DNA of 64,000 nt from Macrostomum lignano (lineage: Eukaryota), in NCBI GenBank assembly GCA_002269645.1, contig NIVC01001367.1, positions 124,001-188,000 on the forward strand, written 5' to 3'. The notes under the pieces are model-generated. The model did no database searches and was not told the DNA's origin. It worked only from the letters and a program-made list of their open reading frames with translations. Positions 35,801 to 44,668 of the stretch are shown here, piece by piece (positions within the stretch are counted from its first letter, which is position 1; every line of letters starts with the position of its first letter). The translations under genes and the position numbers were made by a program.

Positions 35801-38416
35801 TGCAGTTCTTGGCACGTGACGCCAGCTATTTTTATCGGAATTAAAAGAAGAAGCGGCGGCCGGCGAAGGAGCGCCCGGCCAGGGTGGGCCTTTCTGGATG
35901 CGCAGGCGGCTGGGGCAGGCGGTCGGTCTGTCGGGCGGGCGGGCACGTTCTGCAGGCAGCTCTGGGCGGAGCCGCAGCGGCCGGGCGATAAGCAGGGGGG
36001 ATTGCGCTGGCCAACTGACATTTTTGGCCGGGCGATAAGCCGGGACAGCGGATCTCAGACACCGGTGCTGCGGCAGGGTGAAGAATCGGATGGGGGGCAT
36101 CTAGAGGGCCGGCAGGCGAAGCGGCGGCCTGCACTTCACGGATTTGATTGTCAGTATTCCCCACCCCAATCGCAACCTGTTTACGTCGGTCAGTGTGGGA
36201 ATAGGAAGGCCGAGTCTTGGCGGGCAGCCTGCCCCAACTGCACTTGAATAGGGTTGGCGCAGCCTCGTCGGGGCTGGCAGATGCACTTTTAACTGGTAGA
36301 GACTTTCCGAGTTCCTGTTCGATGGCGGCTGAGATCTGCTGTGCTTACAGGCGAAGAGGCAGATTCAAGGAGCGGAGAGGCAGATTCAAGGAGCGGAGAG
36401 GCAGATTCAAGGAGCGGAGAGGCAGATTCAAGGAGCGGAGAGGCAGATTCAAGGAGCGGAGAGGCAGATTCAAGGAGTGGAGAGGCAGATTCAAGGAGCG
36501 GAGAGGCAGATTCAAGGAGCGGAGAGGCAGATTCAAGGAGCGGAGAGGCAGATTCAAGGAGCGGAGAGGCAGATTCAAGGAGTGGAGAGGCAGATTCAAG
36601 GAGCGGAGAGGCAGATTCAAGGAGCGGAGAGGCAGATTCAAGGAGCGGAGAGGCAGATTCGAGGAGCCATTGCATTGCACCGGAACCCTTCCCCACCCCC
36701 GCAGGCGAGGTGGGCAAGCACATGTACATCATCAGCCGCGGCAAGCTGCAGGTGGTGGCGGAGGACTGCAAGAAGGTGCTGGCCACACTGCGGCCCGGCA
36801 GTTACTTCGGCGAGCTGTCAATCCTCAACATGGGCACCATGGGCAACCGGCGCACGGCCTCGGTGAAGTCCGTGGGCTACTCTGACCTGTTCTGCCTGTC
36901 CAAGACCGACCTGTGGGACGTGCTGAAGGACTACCCGGCCGCCAGGGTGAAGCTGGAGGCCATCGCAGCCAAGCGACTGCAGGCCTTCAAGAAGAAGCCG
37001 ATTGAGGAAGGTGAGGCACTCAAGGCACCGGTGCTGGCGAAGGCTTCTTTCTGCTGCAGCTGCCGCGCCCAGATAGGCTGTGTTTATGTTGTGTTTAGAC
37101 TGTTTATGCTGCATATATTGTGTATTATACTATGTTTATGTTCTATTTATACTGCGGTTAGGTGCGTTTATTTTTTTAGGCTGTGTTTAGGCTGTGTTTA
37201 GGCTGTGTTTAGGCTGTGTTTACCCACTCGAGGCGTGATCGCTTGAGCAGCTGCGTCAGCAAATCCAGTTAGAGTCCCGGGAGAATTGAAAAGCAAAATT
37301 GGCCGGTCTTTGAGGCGCCTCGCTCAGTCAATCAGGGAGCAAAACTCGGCCAGGTTTTGTTGAGTCCCCGCGGACTCAGGTGAACTGCCTTCTGCAGCAG
37401 CGGCAGCAGGGGTGGGGGTTCATTAGCCAGTGGCGCCTTTGTTGGAGCCAGGGGAGTTCTCAAATTAATTTATTGCTCAGCCAGTGCAAAACGTGATGTT
37501 TGCGTGTGGAGAACTGCCGCTGACATAACTGCGGGCGGGATTCGAGCCCGTGTGGCCTGTTTGAAAGCGGAACTTAGGTAGGTATTCGCGATAGCCTACT
37601 GAAGAGTAGCAATGAAAGAGTTTGAAGCTGCTCGTAGTTTTCAAATTTCATGCAAAATGGTGAATCAAAAGTTTCTTGGCTTGGTGATGCCACAAGAGAG
37701 GAGATTTCAAAAACCGGAGGCGCCCTCCCGCAGCGAACCTGAACCGCAGCCAGAGCACCCCCGGCCTGGTGGAGTCCAGCGGCAAGGTGCCCATCGAGGT
37801 CATGACCTTGGCGGCCAGGGTCGGCGGCAGCGGCGTCGGTGGCTGCGGCGGCTGCGGCGCCAACCAGCTGCACTGCTCCAGCTTCGAGCTGCATCACAAC
37901 CAGCAGCACCGGGGCTCCATCGCCTGCGGCCTTCAGCAGCCGCAGCAGTCTGGGGCCGGCGAGGCGGCGAAACCCCCCGCTATGCCACCGCCGCCGCCGC
38001 CGCCGATGCCTCCCACGCAGCCAGCGCTGCTGCCACCGCCTCGGTTCTGCGTCGATCCGCCGACTCCAAGCGAGGCCGGCGGCAGCGGCGGCGGCGGCAG
38101 CAGCGGCGGCCTGCAGTGCGAGCTGAACCGCCTGAACCGGCGGCTGGCGCTGCTGGAGGCGGAGAACACCACCCTCAACCTGAAGCTCAACCACCAGCAG
38201 TGGCTGCTGGACCATCAGCTCCATCGGCTGTCGCCCAGAACCGAGGTGGAAGCGGAGGCCGCCTGCCCGCTGCACTGCGTCGTGTCCTCAGCTTCCGTGG
38301 CGGCGGCGGCGGCGGCTGCGGCGGCCGAGGACGACGCTGACTCGGAATCCTCCAGCAGCTCGAACTTCGAGCGGACACCCGCGGCGCCACCGGCCCCGCC
38401 GCCCAACAGGTTTTGA
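26808..38416 (+). CDS. Cyclic-nucleotide-gated cation channel, alpha-like, invertebrate subfamily
   Basis: Exons from 26808 (or ATG 27186) to 28338, then 34580-34873, 36705-37010 and 37734-38416, all joined in phase 1 by GT-AG. S1-S6 includes S4 [23 protein letters not shown] and S6 [15 protein letters not shown]. The C-linker reads [24 protein letters not shown] and the CNBD reads [22 protein letters not shown]-terminal coiled coil reads [26 protein letters not shown]. Confidence 0.93.
28357..28890. repeat. 21-bp then 20-bp related minisatellites at the start of CNG intron 1
   Basis: gtgtctgctgcagtcctgtgt, then ggggtgtctgctgcagtaaa. Confidence 0.92.
29503..29960. repeat. 28-bp minisatellite, about 16 copies
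   Basis: Unit gctgagatgccacagctcaaatgtagtt. Confidence 0.95.
31430..31725. repeat. Degenerate A-rich repeat of about 30 bp
   Basis: aaaagcagaagatagaaaagcaagcaagatac variants. Confidence 0.85.
32318..32508. repeat. 20-bp minisatellite
   Basis: Unit cagacccctgtgctaccggt / cgcatccctgtgctaccggt. Confidence 0.9.
33650..34345. repeat. 20-bp pyrimidine-rich minisatellite, with a degenerate tail to about 34530
   Basis: Unit tgactctcactctgtccttc. Confidence 0.96.
34995..35642. repeat. 19-bp (34995-35385) and 9-bp (35416-35642) minisatellites in CNG intron 2
   Basis: tgtctcacagtgtctctca; acaggtgtc. Confidence 0.93.
36355..36662. repeat. 21-bp minisatellite ending about 40 nt before CNG exon 3
   Basis: Unit gcggagaggcagattcaagga; open in frame with the exon. 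Confidence 0.95.
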
Positions 38417-38749
38417 AGGCCGGCCGGTCTTGACCGCACATGCTTAATGAATGTTATTTCAATATTTTGCTGATTTCCAGGCCGAATCCGATGACATTGT
38501 TAAATGTTTTGGTGAATGAATTTTCTACCTGCTGTTCACGGCTGTCAATGAACTGTGTACAGTCTTGCTTAACCGGAGTGCAATATATGCGGGCCACAGC
38601 GGCCGCGCTCTCATTCAGTTTACAGCCTATGCTTGAGGACAAACAGGAGGCACTGTATTGCCTGATGGAGTTCTGCAGCTTCGTTTTAATGCAGTTGTCG
38701 GCTAAATTTTTACTTTAAGGGCCAGCTAAAGTCTTGATGATTGCTGCGG

Positions 38750-39035
38750 GCCAGATGAGAGTGGAAAGGAGATGGAATGAGGGAGAGAAGAGATGAGATA
38801 AAAGGTAAAAGAGAAATGAGGAGATTAGTTGAAAGGAGAGAGGAGATAGATGAGAGGGATGAGATTAGATGAGAGGAGATGAGATGAGAGGAGAGATGAG
38901 ATGAGATGAGATGAGAGGAGAGATGAGATGAGATGAGAGATGAGAGAGGAGATGAGAGAGAGATGAGATGAGATGAGAGAGAGATGAGATGAGATAAGAG
39001 ATGAGAGGAGATGAGAGATGAGAGGAGAGAGATGC
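38750..39035. repeat. (GAGAT)n-like low-complexity tract
   Basis: Purine-rich gagat/gagag runs. Confidence 0.88.
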
Positions 39036-39422
39036 GATGATGATCAACTTTCAATCAAGCTGAGGCCTTCATACTGTACGTAGTCAACACCAGTTGTTCC
39101 AGTCCTCGAAGACACACAAAGGCTTATTCAGCTCCTCCGGCTCCATCAAGTCAATGCACAACTCAACTTAACACCATAGGAAAGAAATTAATGCCTATAA
39201 ATAAACATTATAACAAAGGCAATTTTCCGATCCAAATTTCAGCAAAAAAGCTCCACCATCAGCTGGATGTTTTGTTTATTTGCAGAGCTCAACTGAGCAA
39301 ACAACAGAAATTTAACTATCGACTGCTTTAACAAAAAGATGGAAATGAAATGCCTTCTATCAATTCTTTAAATGCCAATTCATAAGCACACAAGTTGAGT
39401 TCAGCTCAGCCGCCTGTGGTTT

Positions 39423-39623
39423 TCATTTGCTCCCGGGCTCCTTGTATAGTTCGTTGTTGGGGTTAAGCTGATTCGAATGGTTGTCGAGGTCAGCCTTGGT
39501 GCCCTTGCCTGAGTAGCCGCCCGTCTTCTGTTGCTGCTGCGCGTCATCGCCGCCTTTGGCCTGGCCGCCGGCCTGCGGCTTCGGCTGACTCGCTGACTGC
39601 TTGGCATCCTTATCCTTGTCCAT
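39423..39623 (-). CDS. 66-aa Gly/Gln/Lys-rich microprotein, paralog 1 (DLDNHxxQLNPNN motif), function unknown
   Basis: MDKDKDAKQSASQPKPQAGGQAKGGDDAQQQQKTGGYSGKGTKADLDNHSNQLNPNNELYKEPGSK*. It is GC3-rich, with acceptor cccgcag 5 nt before the ATG (exon starts 39628) and an upstream non-coding exon ending in donor GTAAGC at 40325. AATAAA lies in the 3' UTR near 39275. A conserved paralog is 2.1 kb away. Confidence 0.8.
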   Translation of the reverse strand: MDKDKDAKQSASQPKPQAGGQAKGGDDAQQQQKTGGYSGKGTKADLDNHSNQLNPNNELYKEPGSK

Positions 39624-39661
39624 TGAGACTGCGGGTACGGGTGGATCAGGTGAGTTATGAG

Positions 39662-40150
39662 ATGGCTGCTCACTGCCAGCATGACTGCAGCTGGCCAGTG
39701 CTTCATCACTATGCCTGCTCACTGCTCAATAGCATGACTGCAACTGGCCAATGCTTCATCACTATGGCTGCTCACTGCTCAATAGCATGACTGCAGCTGG
39801 CCAATGCTTCATCACTATGGCTGCTCACTGCTCAATAGCATGACTGCAGCTGGCTAGTGCTTCATCACTATGGCTGCTCACTGCTCAATAGCATGACTGC
39901 AGCTGGCCAGTGCTTCATCACTATGGCTGCTCACTGCTCAATAGCATGACTGCAGCTGGCCAATGCTTCATCACTATGGCTGCTCACTGCTCAATAGCAT
40001 GACTGCAGCTGGCCAGTGCTTCATCACTATGGCTGCTCACTGCTCAATAGCATGACTGCAGCTGGCCAGTGCTTCATCACTATGGCTGCTCACTGCTCAA
40101 TAGCATGACTGCAGCTGGCCAATGCTTCATCACTATGGCTGCTCACTGCT
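39662..40150. repeat. 53-bp minisatellite, about 9 copies, in the 5' UTR intron of microprotein 1
   Basis: Unit tcactatggctgctcactgctcaatagcatgactgcagctggcca(g/a)tgcttca. Confidence 0.95.
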
Positions 40151-40489
40151 TTATTGTTAGCATGAGTGCAGCCAATGCTTATAGTATACTCATTTGCAAA
40201 GCCTACTATTTCAATATTCAAGATCAAGTGCCCGTGTGTGCAGTCACAGTGGCAATTATGCTTCAAAAACTAATATATTGAAGTAGTTACTCCTAGCCAA
40301 GAGTAAGAGCAAGTTATGTGCTTACCTTAAAACTGAAGCGATGGATATAAATGTGCAGCTAGTCTGAGTGGTCCAATTGCAGGAGACCAAGAATGAATCC
40401 AAAGCTCTTAATTGATTGATTATCAAACAGTTCGGCAGCTTCAGGTGAAATTGAAATCCGTTTAATCCGCAGCCACCCATAGGGCCTCC

Positions 40490-40552
40490 ATTTAAATAGA
40501 TGGTGAAATCGAAAAACGAAAAACGAAAAACGAAAAGCGAAAAGCGAAAAGT
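40490..40552 (-). promoter_or_regulatory. Promoter of microprotein 1: six CGAAAAR heptamers (ISRE/IRF-E-like) and a TATTTAAA box
   Basis: (cgaaaaa)3(cgaaaag)3 at 40510-40551 and atttaaata at 40490-40498 (TATTTAAAT on the minus strand), 11 nt apart. The arrangement is conserved in paralog 2. Confidence 0.6.
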
Positions 40553-41509
40553 GCAAGATGTCTTTTTGGCGATTGTTGTCTGCCTGATTTTAGCAGTCTC
40601 AAACGCAATTTTGCTAGCAATAAACTCCTGCACAGCGAGTGCAACTCAAATGACGTTGCAAAATACATGCTGAAAAACTGTTTTACTGAACTGCTGACGG
40701 AATTATCAGCAATATGATCGTTCCGCGATTAATCGTGAATTATTGCTTCAATTAAATATCATTTATTTTCAGCATCTTTTGTCTTTTTCTGTCTTTTTAA
40801 TGATTTATAAACTAACGTATAATAAAGGAGACTGCATTGAACTACTCTTCACGGGCATTTGTTGCAGAATATGATCAGACATATTTTATTGGCATCGGGA
40901 GTGCCATGTACTTTAGCCTCACCTCCCCCCTGAGATCCTCTCGGGTCCCTGATAGTAAGGCATGTTCAAGAGTCTATTCACTTCACTGCTCAAAATGCAG
41001 TTCAGTTAATTTTCTCGAATGCGAGTGGAATCTCTAAATAATGCACATATGCAGACATGAGCGCGTGTTTGACTTTAGCGCCGTACGTTTCTGGTATGCT
41101 TTGTGCTCACATGAGGAATTTTTATGCTCCAGACCTCAAGGCCTGCAGTTTACTGATTATTCTAACCAATTATTATTTACATTATTTCAGTTACAAATAA
41201 CCAGAATGAGCTGCTAGTCTTCCCTGATTTTCTCCATGCATTCCTAAAAACGGTTTTTTATTTTTAGATGCCATGCGACCTCTTGGCGAAGGCTTTGGTT
41301 GCCATGAAGCAAGTTTCCAATCGATATTACAGCAAAAACAGCTTCATCAGCTGGATGCTTTGTTTATTTTTAAAGCTCAACTAAAGCAGAAACGGAAACT
41401 TAATCGCAAATGCTTTGAACAAAAAGATGGAAATAAAATGCTTTCTGTCACACTTGCTCAAAATGCCAATTCATAAGCACAGAGTGAGTTCATCTCCCGC
41501 CTGCGGTTC

Positions 41510-41701
41510 TCAATTGCTCTGAGGCCCCTTGAACCGCCAGTTGTTGGGGTTGAGCTGCTTGGCGTGGTTGTCCAAGTCGGCCTTGTCGCCCTTGCCTGAG
41601 TAGCCGCCCGTCTGCTGCTGCTGCTGCCCGTCATCGCCGCCTTTGGCCTGGCCGCCGGCCTGCGGCTTCGGGTTCGCCTGCTGCTTGGCCGTCTTGTCCA
41701 T
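41510..41701 (-). CDS. 63-aa microprotein, paralog 2 (DLDNHxxQLNPNN motif), function unknown
   Basis: MDKTAKQQANPKPQAGGQAKGGDDGQQQQQTGGYSGKGDKADLDNHAKQLNPNNWRFKGPQSN*. The acceptor is ccccgcag with a CTAAC branch point (exon starts 41708), and the 5' UTR intron donor is GTGAGA at 41957. The architecture is the same as paralog 1. Confidence 0.8.
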   Translation of the reverse strand: MDKTAKQQANPKPQAGGQAKGGDDGQQQQQTGGYSGKGDKADLDNHAKQLNPNNWRFKGPQSN

Positions 41702-42117
41702 TGAGAGACTGCGGGGTGCGGGCGGATCGAGTTAGTGATGATGATGACATGGCTGCTCATGCTTAGCATGGCTGCAGCTGGCCAATGCTTCATCACTATG
41801 GCGGCTCACTAAGCCTACTGTTTAATATACTAAGTCTCAGTGTGCGCAGTCCCAAATGCTTGGCTATTACATGATTCTCGAAAATAGAATATGTAAATAG
41901 GTACTGGTACGAGGATACAGGTAGCCAATAACTGAGAGAGTTATTAAATATTCTCACCTTATACAATGAAGCGTTGCAAAATGTCAGATAGTCTGAGCGG
42001 TCCAGTGACAGGAAACCAAAAATTATTTGAGAGGCTTTCAACTGATTGATTATCAAACAGTTCGGCAGCTCCAACAGGTGAATTAAATGTCTCAGCCGCC
42101 TCCGGGGCCGCGCCTCC

Positions 42118-42166
42118 ATTTAAATATATGGTCGAATCGAAAAACGAAAAACGAAAAGCGAAAAGT
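42118..42166 (-). promoter_or_regulatory. Promoter of microprotein 2: four CGAAAAR heptamers and a TATTTAAA box
   Basis: (cgaaaaa)2(cgaaaag)2 at 42138-42165 and atttaaata at 42118-42126, with the same 11-nt spacing as paralog 1. Confidence 0.6.
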
Positions 42167-42802
42167 TCAAGATGTCCTTTCAGCGACTGTCGGCTCCCTG
42201 AGCATGCAGTCTCGAGCTCAATTTTGCTAGCATTAAACTCCAAATTAATTAATGAAAGTGCTGTAAGTTTACTCAGAACTCTGTTTTACTGACTTATTGA
42301 CGGAATTATCGCCATCATTCTAATTGCAAAGGTCAGAGGAGGTGAGTCCTTAATATTGTATGCAATACATATTACACAATACATACGAAGCTCTTCTCAG
42401 CATCTTTTGGCTTTATACTCTGTCATATTTTAACTTGATCAGGTGACGAATTTCTATAGTTGCTAACGTGTGAAATGCTCTTATCTTAGCGTGCATCTCT
42501 TATAGATTATGACAAAATTATTCATAGCCCATTATTTCCCCCAAAGAAATCCCCTATCTCTAAATCTTCGAAAACTATAATTTTACTTGCCGCTTAAGTG
42601 CATGTTCAAGAGCCTACACAGTACGCACTGCTCAAAATTCTGTTCACATGATTTAAGTGGAATTTCCAAATGCACTGGGCAGAAAAGCGTACGTGTAGTG
42701 GCACATTCCTTCGGATTATCTCGTAAGCATGCCGAGCTCAGACTCAGCACGCTGAGCTCAACATTGCTGAACAACAACTAGAGTTCAAAACAAAAAGCTT
42801 CA

Positions 42803-43081
42803 CTAGATAGATAGATAAACAAATAAATAGATAGATAGATAGATAGATATAGATAGATAGGTAGATAGGTAGGTAGCTAGATAGGTTAGATAGATAGATA
42901 GGTAGGTAGAAAGGTAGATAGATAGATAGGTAGCTAGATAGGTTAGATAGATAGATAGGTAGGTAGGTAGAAAGGTAGATAGATAGGTAGGTAGCTAGAT
43001 AGGTTAGATAGATAGATAGGTAGGTAGAAAGGTAGATAGATAGATATAGATAGATAGACGGATCGATGGAAAGATAGGTAA

Positions 43082-43117
<36 letters not shown>

Positions 43118-43223
43118 GTAGGTAGGTAGGTAGATAGATAGATAGATAGATAGATAGGTAGGTAGGTAGATAGATAGATAGATAGATATAGATAGATAGA
43201 CGGATCGATGGAAAGATAGGTAA

Positions 43224-43259
<36 letters not shown>

Positions 43260-43430
43260 GTAGGTAGGTAGGTAGATAGATAGATAGATAGATAGATAGG
43301 TAGGTAGGTAGATAGATAGATAGATAGAAAGATAGGTAGATAGATAGATAGATAGATAGATAGGTAGGTAGATAGATAGATAGATAGAAAGATAGGTAGA
43401 TAGATAAATGGAAAAAGATAGATAGATAGA
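42803..43430. repeat. (GATA)n/(GGTA)n microsatellite
   Basis: GATA runs with a duplicated interruption gacggatcgatggaaagataggtaaat. Confidence 0.96.
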
Positions 43431-43609
43431 CTCGTAGTTTGCATGAACAATTTTATCTTGGCTGCCCTGCCTTAGATTTCGGTGGCAGCCAGCTTCTACC
43501 GAGTGCTCAGTCTTTCAGATCTTGGATTGTACAGTACAGCACTTGTCTCAATCAACATCGACTTAAGTTCTTGTGAAATACTTACGATGGCTCAAGCAGG
43601 CCAATTCCG

Positions 43610-44164
43610 ATTTCGGTAGAAGGATTCGGTAGATGAATTCAGTAGAAGGATTCGGTAGATGAATTCGGTAGAAGGATTCGGTAGAAGGATTCGGTAGATG
43701 GATTCGGTAGAAGGATTCGGTAGATGGATTCGGTAGAAGGATTCGGTAGATGAATTCAGTAGAAGGATTCGGTAGATGAATTCGGTAGAAGGATTCGGTA
43801 GAAGGATTCGGTAGATGGATTCGGTAGAAGGATTCGGTAGAAGGATTCGGTAGTAGGATTCGGTAGAAGGATTCGGTAGATGGATTCGGTAGAAGGATTC
43901 GGTAGATGAATTCAGTAGATGGATTCGGTAGATGAATTCAGTAGATGGATTCGGTAGATGGATTCGGTGGATGGATTCGGTAGATGGATTCGGTAGATGG
44001 ATTCGGTAGAAGGATTCGGTAGATGGATTCGGTAGAAGGATTCGGTAGAAGGATTCGGTAGTAGGATTCGGTAGAAGGATTCGGTAGATGGATTCGGTAG
44101 AAGGATTCGGTAGATGGATTCGGTAGATGGATTCGGCAGAAGGATTCGGTAGATGGATTCGGTG
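43610..44164. repeat. 13-bp minisatellite
   Basis: Unit ga(a/t)ggattcggta. Confidence 0.95.
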
Positions 44165-44668
44165 ATCCATGTGCCAGCTGCCGAGGATCAATCATACCCA
44201 GCAGTCTCTTAGCTTCCAGGCGGTCCCTGCTCACAGGTGCCTCGCGGGTCACTAGACAGAAACAAATAAATATTGAGAATTTGATAACAAAATCATTAAT
44301 TTATAATATAACAATAGTATATTCAGACTGCGCAGCACTGCGGATACCAGCATATGGGATTTATTTATTCAGATTATAAATAGATTTTTTTAAAACTAAA
44401 TAATTGGTCGCAGCTTCGGTGAGGAGACGGAATTGGTTGGCCTGATGGTCTCAGGGCCAGGGGACGGAGCGACGTTCGGACTGCAATAATAATGTGTAGA
44501 AAATAGAGGCAATTTTAATATAACTGAGCACACAGCAGCGGCAGCGCACAGCGCCGCAGGGGAACAAGCGGCATTGGGGAGGGTCAGCCAGTCAGTCAGC
44601 CAGGCTCAACTCAAAACGAAAGTCAGCCAGTCAGTCAGCCAGTTCAGAGGAACGCCAGCCGCCTGGGG

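Noticed and set aside
37530-37600. Minus-strand GGGCTCGAATCCC resembling a tRNA T-arm
   Set aside because: The acceptor and D stems could not be paired, so a tRNA is not supportable.
39050-39190. Short coding-like minus-strand stretch (CIDLMEPEELNKPLCVFEDWNNW)
   Set aside because: It is about 25 codons with stops around it and no recognisable family or splice support.
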